Shown: in pieces, positions 28,909 to 38,898 of the stretch | How the letters are laid out: each line of letters opens with the position of its first letter | Position numbering within the stretch: position 1 is the stretch's first letter | From: Clostridia bacterium | GTDB lineage: Bacteria; Bacillota; Clostridia; Christensenellales; Borkfalkiaceae | Direction of reading: 5' to 3' | Length of the DNA stretch: 64,000 bases | NCBI GenBank assembly: GCA_017624285.1 | Contig: JAGANI010000033.1 | Span: 822-64,821 of the forward strand | Position numbers and translations under genes: made by a program | The notes under the pieces: model-generated | What the model was told of the DNA's origin: nothing | The model's input: the letters and a program-made list of their open reading frames with translations, nothing else | The model's database searches: none

Positions 28909-30201
28909 TTAAACGTCTAAACTAACTAAATCAGCGTAAGTTTCACGCCTTACTAAAAGTTTGTCCTCGCCGTTTTCTATACCAACGATGGGTGGACGGG
29001 GTATTTTATTGTAATTAGACGCCATAGCATAATTATATGCGCCTGTACATAAAACTGCAATAATATCGCCACGCGTTGGTTTTGGCATTTTAACGTTTTC
29101 CTGTATAAGGTCGCCACTTTCACAACAACGTCCTGCTATAGTGCAAACGTAATCGCAAGGTTTTTCTATTTTAGTTGCATTTAGCACGGTGTAGGCAGAT
29201 TGATATAAAGCGTATCTTGGGTTATCCGTCATACCACCGTCGATAGAAACGTAGTTTTTGTAACCTTTAATCTCTTTAACGCTACCTGCAGTATAAAGGG
29301 TTATACCACTATCTGCAACAATTGACCTACCAGGCTCTAAAATCACGTCGGGCAAGTTAATTTTTAACCCCGTTGCTATGCGTTTAAGGTTATCGCCTAA
29401 TTCTTTAATGCGCTTAGTGTAATCAATTTCAGGGTCGGTTTCTACGTATTTTACACCAAAACCACCACCTAGGTTTAATAATTTAACTTCGTAGTTAAAA
29501 GTATCTTTTACCGCTTTAATAAAATTAAGCATAATTTCACCCGCAAAAATAAAGGGTGAACTTTCAAATATTTGCGAACCTATATGAGAGTGAAAACCGC
29601 ATAAAGTTACGTTTTTATAACTTAATACCTTGCCAACTAATTCAATCGCCTGACCCGTTTCAATAGGCGTACCAAATTTAGAGTCCACCTTACCGGTATT
29701 TATTGCAGAGTGGGTGTGTGGGTCGATGCCCGGTGTAATACGAAGCAGTATTTTTTGTTTTACGCCCTTACTAAAAGCATATGCGTCAATTTTTTCAACC
29801 TCTTCAATATTATCTGCAACAAAGTAGCCAATTTTATTATCGATGGCATATTCAATATCAGCGTCAGTCTTGTTATTCCCATGGAAAAACGCCTTATCAA
29901 CGTCAAAACCGGCGTTTAAAGCCGTGTAAATTTCACCAGACGATACCGTATCTATACCCATGCCTTCTTCAGAGCAAATTCTATAAATACCAGTAAAACA
30001 TAGCGCTTTACTTGCAAACGAAACGCTACTACCTTCCGAAATATAAGTTTTTACAGCGGAAAGGTATTCACGCATCCTGCCCCTAATTTTATCAATATCA
30101 AGCGCCATAAGTGGCGTGCCGTATTTAGTTGTTAGATAGGTGGCTTTTTTGTTTTTAAATGCAAGTTCGCCATCTATTATAGATAAATTATCAAATAACA
30201 T
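28909..30201 (-). CDS. lysA: Diaminopimelate decarboxylase
   Basis: 430 aa. PLP-binding fold-type III pattern (FASKA), GFHSHIGSQ, EPGRSIVA, CESGD. Confidence 0.93.
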   Translation of the reverse strand: MLFDNLSIIDGELAFKNKKATYLTTKYGTPLMALDIDKIRGRMREYLSAVKTYISEGSSVSFASKALCFTGIYRICSEEGMGIDTVSSGEIYTALNAGFDVDKAFFHGNNKTDADIEYAIDNKIGYFVADNIEEVEKIDAYAFSKGVKQKILLRITPGIDPHTHSAINTGKVDSKFGTPIETGQAIELVGKVLSYKNVTLCGFHSHIGSQIFESSPFIFAGEIMLNFIKAVKDTFNYEVKLLNLGGGFGVKYVETDPEIDYTKRIKELGDNLKRIATGLKINLPDVILEPGRSIVADSGITLYTAGSVKEIKGYKNYVSIDGGMTDNPRYALYQSAYTVLNATKIEKPCDYVCTIAGRCCESGDLIQENVKMPKPTRGDIIAVLCTGAYNYAMASNYNKIPRPPIVGIENGEDKLLVRRETYADLVSLDV

Positions 30202-30241
30202 AAAAATCCTTATTCTTCAAAACAGAAGGTAACGTATACCG

Positions 30242-31006
30242 TTATTTTCCGCTTAAAAGCATCTTCATATCGTATAAACCAGCGCTTTTATTAAATAAAT
30301 ATTTAACTGCTGCAACTGCGCCGTCTGCAAAAACCGCACGGGTGTGCGCTTGGTGTTTAAAAGATAAAGTTTCCGTATCGGTAGATATAATTACTTCGTG
30401 TATACCTACGATAGAGCCGTATCTAATAGAAGAAATACCTATTTCATCTTTTTGCTTTTTCATAAAACCGTTTCTACCAGTTAAAACGGTCATTTCTGGA
30501 CGTGCTTCTTTAACAAAATCAGCAAGCATTAAAGCCGTACCGCTGGGCGCGTCTAATTTTTTATCGTGATGCGTTTCAATAATTTCAATTTCAGCATCCT
30601 TCATCGCTAAAACGGCGTTTTTTACAGCGTTCCCTAATACCGCAACGCCCACCGACATATTGCCAGAGTAAAATATTGCCGTTTTTTTACTTGCTTGTTT
30701 TATTAAAGTAAGTTCGTCTTCCGTCTGCCCAGTCGTACAAATTACGGTGGGTATTTTTTTATCTATCGCGAAGTTTGTTACCGGTAACGTCGTTACGTGG
30801 TTAGAAAAGTCCACTAAAACGTCGTAGTCCTCTTTTAAAAGGGTTAATTCCAACGCGGTTTCGGTAACCTTTTGGGGTAAACCTAAAGGGTAATCTGGCA
30901 TAAATTTGTCAACAAAAGCGATACCCGTTACGTCGTTTTCCTTACATAATGCCGTGTAAACAGCGTTGCCCATCCTGCCTGATGCGCCGTGTATAATAAC
31001 CTTCAT
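30242..31006 (-). CDS. dapB: 4-hydroxy-tetrahydrodipicolinate reductase
   Basis: 254 aa. N-terminal GASGRMG NAD(P) motif and E..HH.K.DAPSGTA substrate motif. Confidence 0.92.
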   Translation of the reverse strand: MKVIIHGASGRMGNAVYTALCKENDVTGIAFVDKFMPDYPLGLPQKVTETALELTLLKEDYDVLVDFSNHVTTLPVTNFAIDKKIPTVICTTGQTEDELTLIKQASKKTAIFYSGNMSVGVAVLGNAVKNAVLAMKDAEIEIIETHHDKKLDAPSGTALMLADFVKEARPEMTVLTGRNGFMKKQKDEIGISSIRYGSIVGIHEVIISTDTETLSFKHQAHTRAVFADGAVAAVKYLFNKSAGLYDMKMLLSGK

Positions 31007-31015
31007 TTGTCCCCC

Positions 31016-31906
31016 TTAAACGTCCAAACCTTGCTTTCTCATTAAGTCAAGCATAATTTTTTCCTTTCCCTCGTCCATAGTAGTCAAGGGAAGACGTAAA
31101 CTGTTTTCACAAAAACCCATATGCGCTACTGCGCTTTTAACCGGTATAGGGTTAACTTCCGAAAAGAGTGAATCGGTTAAAGCGTGTAATTCATACTGAA
31201 GTTTACAAGCGCCTTCAATATCGCCGGCAAAGTACTTTTTGCAAATCTCACAAGTCTTTCTAGGTAAAATATTAGATAAAACCGAAATTGCGCCCACACC
31301 GCCAAGCGACATAAGTGGTACTATTTGGTCGTCGTTGCCAGAGTATAAGTCGAGTTTTCCGTGTACGTAGCTCATAGTTTCAACTATTTTGCTAATATTG
31401 CCGTTTGCCTCTTTAATAGCAACGATATTTTCGTGTTCAGCAAGCGCTTTATAGGTAGAAGGCTCGATATTAACGCCCGTTCTTGACGGAACGTTGTATA
31501 AAATAACGGGTTTATCACTCTTATCAGCGATAAGTTCGTACATTTCCTTTAAGCCTTTTTGCGTAGCCTTATTATAATAGGGCGAAACCACTAATACGCC
31601 GTCCACACCAGCTTTGCAAGCCGTTTTAGTAAGGTTTATTGCGTACGAAGTGTCGTTACTACCAGTACCTGCAATAACAGGTACTTTACCACAAGCCCTA
31701 TCAACGGTGTATTCGATAACCTTAACGTGCTCGTCATCGGTAAGGGTAGAGCCTTCACCCGTAGTGCCGGCAACAACTAATGCGTCGATACCTTCAGCAA
31801 TTTGCCAATCGATAAATTTACCAAAAGAATCGTAATCAACTTCACCATTTTTAAAAGGTGTAACTAATGCCGTTGCGATACCAGTAAAAATTCTCTTTTT
31901 TTGCAT
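31016..31906 (-). CDS. dapA: 4-hydroxy-tetrahydrodipicolinate synthase
   Basis: MQKKRIFTGIATALVTPF..., GTTGE, catalytic Lys in VAIKEA. Start moved to ATG 31906 (AGGAG 7 nt upstream). The longer track ORF up to 32014 overlaps the riboswitch. Confidence 0.93.
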   Translation of the reverse strand: MQKKRIFTGIATALVTPFKNGEVDYDSFGKFIDWQIAEGIDALVVAGTTGEGSTLTDDEHVKVIEYTVDRACGKVPVIAGTGSNDTSYAINLTKTACKAGVDGVLVVSPYYNKATQKGLKEMYELIADKSDKPVILYNVPSRTGVNIEPSTYKALAEHENIVAIKEANGNISKIVETMSYVHGKLDLYSGNDDQIVPLMSLGGVGAISVLSNILPRKTCEICKKYFAGDIEGACKLQYELHALTDSLFSEVNPIPVKSAVAHMGFCENSLRLPLTTMDEGKEKIMLDLMRKQGLDV

Positions 31907-31926
31907 AACGAAAACTCCTTTTTTCA

Positions 31927-32137
31927 TAAAAAAATGCGGTTGGGGAAGCCCAAAACCGCAACTAAAAGCGACTTTTGATAGCACCCCACTAAACATAGTG
32001 ACAGTCCAAAGCATATTATGCCTTGCCCCAACGCGTAGCCCTTACGGACGGGGTACGCATTTCGGCGATTTTAACGTTCTTACGTAAGCAATACCGTGTA
32101 ACTAACGTAATACTCTTATCAATCGCGCCTCTATCGA
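31927..32137 (-). promoter_or_regulatory. Lysine riboswitch (L-box) with terminator expression platform, leader of dapA-dapB-lysA
   Basis: The minus strand reads ...AGAGGCGCgattgataagAGTA...GCCGAAat...cgtTGGgg...ggaCTGTCActat...agTGGggtGCTAtc. The terminator GCGGTTTTGGGcttcCCCAACCGC + ATTTTTTT (31927-31960) follows. Confidence 0.85.
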
Positions 32138-32416
32138 TATTAAAAGTTTAGCACACACGTTATTTTATGTCAACTGTTTTTTAAAAGTAACTTATTTTAG
32201 TTGTAATCTTTAAAAAAACGTGAAATTTTATTGTATTTTATCTAAAAAGATCTAAAAAGTTTAGTATTTTTTCCGTTAAAAACGTTATTTTTGAAGATAA
32301 TATTTTTACTTTTTTAATATGGCATAATTATTTGTAATAATTAAAAATTGTAATAAAAAGCAGTTTTAAAGCAAAACTAAAAAGCAATTTTGTTATAGTT
32401 TAAGACAAAATTGTTA

Positions 32417-32445
32417 TTGAAAATTTGCTTTAAATATGTTATATT
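32417..32445 (+). promoter_or_regulatory. Candidate promoter of lipoprotein module 1
   Basis: TTGAAA, a 17-nt spacer, then TATATT preceded by TGt. The region is AT-rich, so chance matches are likely. Confidence 0.35.
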
Positions 32446-32553
32446 TTTTAATGAAGAGTGCGGTTTTTTTATTAAATCTACCGCAAAATCAACAGGGTTT
32501 AACTTATAAAATAGGGTAAATTCCTTAAACTCATTTATAAAAAGGAGGGTAAC

Positions 32554-35500
32554 ATGAAAAGATTTATACCTTTACTATTGGCTTTAGCTATGATATTGCC
32601 GTGTTTTGCCTTAGCGTGTCAAAAGCCTAAGGGCGACGGTGGTACTACCGGTGGTGGTGGAAACACTAATACCCCTACTACGGTTGAACTTATCAAGGAT
32701 AAAACGTATTTTGATGAGGTTGGCGAAATCGATTCTTCTACTGGTGAAGAATATAACAACTTTACGGATAAGCTTTTTTATCGTAACGACGTAGACTTTA
32801 TCTGTGCGGATACCTTTGTTTTCCAATGTACTGACGAAACCGATACTGAAAACTTCGGTAAATTCTTTTTATACGGTACTACGGGTGTTGGTATTTTCAA
32901 CTGTTTCGTTTCGGACGATTTAACTAGTTGGTCGCCAAAAGCTGGCGCGTACGTATGGCCTAACGGTGGTTGGGAAAAAGCCGATTGTTGGGCGCCGGAA
33001 CTTATCTATGATAAAGACGCTGACCCTGCTGACTATGGTTTAGTAGACGATGGTATGGGTACGGGTGTTTACTTTTTCTATTACTCGGCATCGTCGCATC
33101 AAGACTTTTTACCATCATATTGCTTCCAGTTAGGTTTAGCAGTGGGTACTTCACCCTATGGCCCTTTCACTATGTATAATGGTGAAGAATTAGGCGCTAA
33201 AATCGGTGGTGTAGATTATTCTTTAGAAGAAAATTATAACAACCATCGTAAAGAGCATGACGGTGAAGACTTCACTTACCGTGGTCGTGTTGGCGATACC
33301 ATTACTAACGACGACGCATGGTGGAACGTTTCCGCAATCCGCGCATCTTTAACCTTCCAGTTTGAAAATAGAGATAAAGCAGGCAACTGGGTAGACCCCG
33401 ACGGTAATATCGTTGACGAGTCTACTGTAGACGCTACCTTTATTCCTGAAACTGCTAAGTATTTATTATACGACAAAGGTCAAGGTCCTATTAGAGTTTT
33501 AGACCCGTCCCCCTTTGTTGATCCTAAAACTGGTGATAGATATTTATATTTTGCACTTCGTTCGGAAGCTAGTGCGTTTATCGATCCAGACGGCTTTGGT
33601 ACGCAACAAGCACAAAGTGCGTTTGCCGTAAAGATGCTTAATAACGACTGGACGCAGATTGATTATTCTTCCTTAACGCAAATATCACGTGGTTTAGTAA
33701 ACTTTGTTTGTGAAGACGCAGTTGCCGACTACGTAGAACAAGCTAACGCTTTTGATCCTTCTTTATATCCCCTTGGTCAAAAGGAATTAAATCTTAACAC
33801 TTTAGTGATGGGTGAAAACACCGCTGAAACTTATATGAACGATTACGACTGTAACGAAGGTCCGTTCGTTTACTATAACGAAGACACGGGTTTGTACTAC
33901 TCGGTAGTATCTATCGGTAGTTACCAAGACGGTACGTATTCACTCTGTCAATCTATCGCATATCATCCCATGGGTCCGTGGCGTAAACTTGCGCTTGAAG
34001 AAGGCGGTTTAGTGCTTACCACTAACTATGGTCAAACAACTGATATGGTAACTGGTCCTGGTCATAACTCCTTTATTAAGGTTGGGGACGAACTTATCAA
34101 CGTTTACCACAAACACTTAGACATTAAGGTTAGTGATTTACAACGTGGTCCTGCTACCGATAGGGTAGTATTTGTTAAAAACAACACCGGTATTTACGTA
34201 ATGCATACTAATGGTCCTACAAATACCGTTCAACCTTTAATTTATGGTACAGGCGCTACCGAATACGATAATATCGCCGACGAAGCTATCGTTACTTCAA
34301 CTGCAACCGATAAAACTTCAGTATCTAACTTAACTGACGGCGTTATTCCGGTACACGATAACTCGTTACACCCATATTTAAGCGAGTACGAGTTCGCTGA
34401 TGCTAAAGACGTAATCACTTTAAAATTTGATAACTATAAAGCAATCACTTCCATCCTTATATACAACAGTAGATTTTACGATAAGGCTTTTTATGAAATC
34501 GCCAAGATAGAAATGGATGCTAAAATGAACGGTAAAGAGTTCACGGCAGTTATCAATAATTTACAATTCTATTGGGAAAAGTATGAGTTCGCTATTGGTG
34601 GCAAACTTAATCCGGGCGCGCCCGCAGTTGCCGTATTTGACGAACTTGCCGTAAAAGAAATCCGTATCACCATCAATAACACTAACGACGTCGACTTAGG
34701 TTTCTCTGGTAAGGTTGCTTTATCTGAAATTATGGTTTTAGGTAAACCTGATTACACCCCCGACGTACAAGGTGATGGTAGCAAAAATATAGATATTGCT
34801 GAATTCCCCCATGCAAACGAAAAGCAATACGTTACTTACGAAAGCGTTACCGTTGACGGTATTATAGATTCCGATGAGTGGGGCGATATAATTCCGCTTA
34901 CCAAGGAGGTTTATCCCGGTGGCGTTAAGCATACTGTAACTACTTCAGCAAAACTTTTAGAGAAGGGCGTAGCGGTATACTTTAAGGTAGAAGGCGCACC
35001 CGTATACTACAATTTCTACAGATCTATCTTTGATAACTCTGGTATCGAGCTTTATATTACCGACGGTAAATTAGGTAATGCAAGAAACGGTGGCTGGGGT
35101 ATTCAGTTATCGGCAGGTGGGGTATATGCATCACAAAAATACATCACGTTTGGCGATAACAATAACGGTTACGTTACTTGCAACTTAGAAATTGATTTAG
35201 ACACCGTCGTTGACGGCATTATGAACGATTCCGAAGCTGATACTTATTATTTAGAAGCGTATATTCCGTGGGATTTATTAGGCTTTGACGAAAAGCCAGC
35301 AACTATAATGATGGATGCCTGCGTAATGTATACCACCGAGTACGTTGGTAAGCGTTCAGACTGGGTATCACTTGCTAAAACTTTCCACGACGATTACGGT
35401 TGGTTATTACCACAAACGTGGTTTAGATTTAACGAAGACGGTTATTATGACGAAGAAGCCAACTACGGCTTATGGCGTGTAAGTAAATACCAAGATGCGT

Positions 35501-38139
35501 TCATCGTAGGTGAGAACGGCGTCGATATCACTATCGATAGCAAAACTGACCGTTGGAACCACGCAACGCTTTTCGTAATGCAAAATGGCACGTTTAACGG
35601 CAACACGTATCAACAAGCAAAATTCTTTGCTCCGTCGGTTGCTTTCCCTGAACTTGAAAAATACGATAAAGACGAACAATACGAGTCCCAAACCAGCGCG
35701 TTGATGTACGAGCGTGGTTGCAGAATCACCGTTGACTTAGTTTACGTTTACGGCGACTGGGCGGTAAGATTCGGTTCACCTTGGTGGAAACGTGTAGTTT
35801 TAACTGAAACACAAGCAAATCTTTTAAGGGACGGCGAAAAGGGCTTAACTATCGGTCTTATGGTTGAAGGCAGTAAAGCAACCTTCTACGTAGACGACGG
35901 CAACGGCGTTATGACACCGTGCATCACGGTAGATTTAAACGATGCTGGTTACGACCCGACCGCTGCAATTAAACTTGGTATTGGCGCAAACTGTGATAGC
36001 GTTATTAAAGATTATCTTTCATTTAACGACGTTAAAACCATCCCATACGTTGTAAACGGTGGTGAAGATTTAATCGGTGGTAAAGTAGTCGTAACGGGTA
36101 TTGGCAAAAATGCTAAAGCAGTAGTAGTACCCGACGCTGGTTACGCGCTTGATACCTTTACCGTAAACGGTCAAGCAGTAGATGGTTTAATTTATCAAGC
36201 AGGTGTAATGGCAGCTCCGATGTTAGATATTTTAGTTACTTTCAAACAAGTTGACGGCGTTGCAGTAAATTTAAACGTTCAATATGGTTTTGGTTATACT
36301 GGCTACAGCGTTTACGCTGATAACTCGGTTACTTTTGACGATGGCGAAAACAAGTATTTCACCGTAACGGATAGTAACGGGTGCGCTAATATTACTTTAC
36401 CTAAGGGCAGTTACACAGTATACGGCACTTATTTAGAGCCTATTACTGTAACTATTGACGATAAAACGTCATACGATATTAACTTGCTTAAAAAATCTTT
36501 CGTTGAATTCATCAACGTAAACGATAATCAAATTATCGCGTCTAGTTCAGCAATCGACGGCGGTAACATCAAATACGACGGCGCACCTGGCTTATCGGGT
36601 GAAAACAGTTCTAAAGAAACCCGCCTTTACATGACGCCGTATATGGACTTTAGCGGTCCTGTCGTAGTTACGTTTAACTATAAGTTACAATTAAATTGTA
36701 AAAACTTAGTAGGTATTCAGTTCTATGGCGATTCCACCGACGATTTAAATTACTTTAATATCGGTACTTGGAATAACGAAAACTTATTCGTTAAAATTTA
36801 CAACAATAACCCTGCTATCTATCTTGACGAAACTATCGTTACTGAAGATGACGTAAAATACTCTAAGGTAGAATTCACCGTTATGATTAACGGTCAAGTA
36901 GCAGACCTTTATTATAAAAATAGCAGTGGCAATATCGTTTACGTTGGCACTTGCAATAAAGGCTTTGATATTAATAGAATTGCGTTCCGTTCAGCAGTAC
37001 ACGGTGGCACGTGGGAAATCAGCAATATCAAGGTATTTGAAGGCGACCTTGGTCAGACGGAATATAATAAATTCTCCGCACCCGTTACGGCATCTTCTGC
37101 AGAAAACGTTACCGTTAAAGCAGATGAAGCAAGATATTTAAAAGAAAACGTTATCACTATTATTCCTGACGTTGGTTATATCGTAAAAGCTGTTAAGGTA
37201 AATGGTCAAGAACTTTCTATGACGCTCGTTGATGGTAATACTGTTGCTAAGTTTACCCATAACGATTTAACGGTTACTTCTTACAACGTTGAAGTTACCG
37301 CTATAAAAGCAGTTATAACTACTGCTACTATAAGCGTAAAAACACAAAAGAGTAACTCTTCTGCGGACGTTTTACCTGACGACACGATAGTTACTATCGA
37401 AAACGCTGGTTCTCAAATTAGCGCACCCGTTACAGGTGGTATCGTTACTTTTGATGCAATCCCCGCAGGCTCGTATAAGTTATATATCGATGGTTATAAA
37501 TCCTATACCTTTGATATTAGCGAAGACGGTTTTGATGGCGAAGTTATTTTATACTATATTCCTTTCGTTGAAAACACTATCGCAGATATTTCTTTATCTA
37601 ACGAAGGTAAAGTAAACTTTGTTGATTGGAGCGAAAAGAACTGGTTATACTTTAAAGATAGTGGCATTAAGTTTGTTTCAATGGTTGTATACGACCACTT
37701 AGCTAGGGAAGCATCTGCAACAGCCGATTATGCCGGCACTACCATTAGGGTAGGTAGCGAACTCGGTTGGGGTACACACTACTTAGGACCTGATAAGAGT
37801 GGTACTGGCGCACCGTTATGGCGTTTAAGATGGTCAACCGCCACTTGGAAGGCTTTTGCTATCGGTGGTGATTTACAAGCAAAACTTACTGCACCTACTA
37901 TCGGCTTAAAGATTGCGCTTGCAATAGACGGCGCTAACGCTTACGGTCTTGTTGAAGATGGCGCTGGTAATTTAGTCGTTTACGCAAAATTTGTAAACCC
38001 CAATGCAAACAAAGGTGCCGTTTGGGGCGATATCGATTGTTTATGCGCAGCCGCTGGCCACGCACAAATTAAGGATTTAGTTTACTCTACTTCAATCCCT
38101 GCTGATATTGCTACGCTTATTAGTAACTTCCAAGGCTAA
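32554..38139 (+). CDS. Giant surface lipoprotein, module 1 (fused form, 1861 aa): GH43-like propeller + discoidin-like + CBM9/DOMON-like + Ig-like and ConA/LamG-like modules
   Basis: Signal peptide MKRFIPLLLALAMILPCFALAC (lipobox) and a G/T-rich linker. Propeller motifs CADTFVFQC, LYGTT, CWAPE, LDPSPFVDP, NEGPFVYY, GPGHNSF. CBM9-like DGIIDSDEWG...YYLEAYIPW. RBS AAGGAGGG upstream. Confidence 0.85.
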   Translation: MKRFIPLLLALAMILPCFALACQKPKGDGGTTGGGGNTNTPTTVELIKDKTYFDEVGEIDSSTGEEYNNFTDKLFYRNDVDFICADTFVFQCTDETDTENFGKFFLYGTTGVGIFNCFVSDDLTSWSPKAGAYVWPNGGWEKADCWAPELIYDKDADPADYGLVDDGMGTGVYFFYYSASSHQDFLPSYCFQLGLAVGTSPYGPFTMYNGEELGAKIGGVDYSLEENYNNHRKEHDGEDFTYRGRVGDTITNDDAWWNVSAIRASLTFQFENRDKAGNWVDPDGNIVDESTVDATFIPETAKYLLYDKGQGPIRVLDPSPFVDPKTGDRYLYFALRSEASAFIDPDGFGTQQAQSAFAVKMLNNDWTQIDYSSLTQISRGLVNFVCEDAVADYVEQANAFDPSLYPLGQKELNLNTLVMGENTAETYMNDYDCNEGPFVYYNEDTGLYYSVVSIGSYQDGTYSLCQSIAYHPMGPWRKLALEEGGLVLTTNYGQTTDMVTGPGHNSFIKVGDELINVYHKHLDIKVSDLQRGPATDRVVFVKNNTGIYVMHTNGPTNTVQPLIYGTGATEYDNIADEAIVTSTATDKTSVSNLTDGVIPVHDNSLHPYLSEYEFADAKDVITLKFDNYKAITSILIYNSRFYDKAFYEIAKIEMDAKMNGKEFTAVINNLQFYWEKYEFAIGGKLNPGAPAVAVFDELAVKEIRITINNTNDVDLGFSGKVALSEIMVLGKPDYTPDVQGDGSKNIDIAEFPHANEKQYVTYESVTVDGIIDSDEWGDIIPLTKEVYPGGVKHTVTTSAKLLEKGVAVYFKVEGAPVYYNFYRSIFDNSGIELYITDGKLGNARNGGWGIQLSAGGVYASQKYITFGDNNNGYVTCNLEIDLDTVVDGIMNDSEADTYYLEAYIPWDLLGFDEKPATIMMDACVMYTTEYVGKRSDWVSLAKTFHDDYGWLLPQTWFRFNEDGYYDEEANYGLWRVSKYQDAFIVGENGVDITIDSKTDRWNHATLFVMQNGTFNGNTYQQAKFFAPSVAFPELEKYDKDEQYESQTSALMYERGCRITVDLVYVYGDWAVRFGSPWWKRVVLTETQANLLRDGEKGLTIGLMVEGSKATFYVDDGNGVMTPCITVDLNDAGYDPTAAIKLGIGANCDSVIKDYLSFNDVKTIPYVVNGGEDLIGGKVVVTGIGKNAKAVVVPDAGYALDTFTVNGQAVDGLIYQAGVMAAPMLDILVTFKQVDGVAVNLNVQYGFGYTGYSVYADNSVTFDDGENKYFTVTDSNGCANITLPKGSYTVYGTYLEPITVTIDDKTSYDINLLKKSFVEFINVNDNQIIASSSAIDGGNIKYDGAPGLSGENSSKETRLYMTPYMDFSGPVVVTFNYKLQLNCKNLVGIQFYGDSTDDLNYFNIGTWNNENLFVKIYNNNPAIYLDETIVTEDDVKYSKVEFTVMINGQVADLYYKNSSGNIVYVGTCNKGFDINRIAFRSAVHGGTWEISNIKVFEGDLGQTEYNKFSAPVTASSAENVTVKADEARYLKENVITIIPDVGYIVKAVKVNGQELSMTLVDGNTVAKFTHNDLTVTSYNVEVTAIKAVITTATISVKTQKSNSSADVLPDDTIVTIENAGSQISAPVTGGIVTFDAIPAGSYKLYIDGYKSYTFDISEDGFDGEVILYYIPFVENTIADISLSNEGKVNFVDWSEKNWLYFKDSGIKFVSMVVYDHLAREASATADYAGTTIRVGSELGWGTHYLGPDKSGTGAPLWRLRWSTATWKAFAIGGDLQAKLTAPTIGLKIALAIDGANAYGLVEDGAGNLVVYAKFVNPNANKGAVWGDIDCLCAAAGHAQIKDLVYSTSIPADIATLISNFQG

Positions 38140-38177
38140 TGCGTTAAAAATTTAATACGTAGTACGTTTTTTACGAC

Positions 38178-38214
38178 AAAACCCCCTGTTTTTTGGTAAA
38201 GCAGGGGGTTTTAT
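38178..38214 (+). terminator. Intrinsic terminator after module 1
   Basis: AAACCCCCTGttttttggtaaagCAGGGGGTTT followed by TAT. Confidence 0.7.
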
Positions 38215-38240
38215 ATTGCCTTTATCACAAAAAATAATAT

Positions 38241-38440
38241 GTCATTCTGAGCAAAACCTGTTTTGCGTGAGAATCTCCTACATTAGAAAATTATACAGGG
38301 GATTATTACGTCGCTATCGCTCCTCATAATGACGGTAAAAACGGGGGGATTATCACGTCGCTAACGCTCCTCATAATGACGTAACACGCTTGTCATTCTG
38401 AGAAAGCCTTTTGGCTTTCGTGAGAATCTCCTACCATAGA
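38241..38440. repeat. REP-like nested-palindrome repeat cluster 2 (4 units)
   Basis: Same family as 4260-4709: GTCATTCTGAGCaaaacctgttttGCGTGAGAATCTCC, then two inverted GGGGATTAT(T/C)ACGTCGCT..CTCCTCATAATGAC units, then GTCATTCTGAGaaagccttttggctttCGTGAGAATCTCC. Confidence 0.9.
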
Positions 38441-38677
38441 AATAAATTAGCTATTTTTATCAAGGTGATGCCTTACGCGATAAGCTCTTATCTAAAAAGG
38501 GAAAATGTAAAAATTCCCTACAAAACCATATTAAAAAAGTAAAAATTTAGCATTGAAAGACTTTTTTAAGTTTGCTATAATTAAAATGCAAGGTGTGCTA
38601 TTGAGGTAAAAAAGCAAAAATCGCTAAAAAATGGTAATTTTAATAGAATTTTGTATATTAAAAAATCAAAAAGGGTC

Positions 38678-38706
38678 TTGAATTTTTACTTTTTATATGT
38701 TAATAT
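38678..38706 (+). promoter_or_regulatory. Candidate promoter of lipoprotein module 2
   Basis: TTGAAT, a 17-nt spacer, then TAATAT. AT-rich context. Confidence 0.3.
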
Positions 38707-38898
38707 AAAATTACTGACCATTTTAGGCGTTATTATTTGCAAAAATGATAATAACCTAAGATTATTCCACCAAATATACGATTTTGTGGGTTGTTTTTTA
38801 CTGTTTTTAGGTTTATACTTATAGTATTATAGGTAGGTTTTTCAAATTAAGTTAAATTTTCGTCATTAAAATGACGTGTTTATATTAAAGGAGGAGTT

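Noticed and set aside
31907-32014. N-terminal extension of dapA given by the ORF track (MLWTVTMFSG...).
   Set aside because: The extension is the lysine riboswitch and its terminator read as protein. An AGGAG plus ATG at 31906 gives the conserved DapA N-terminus.
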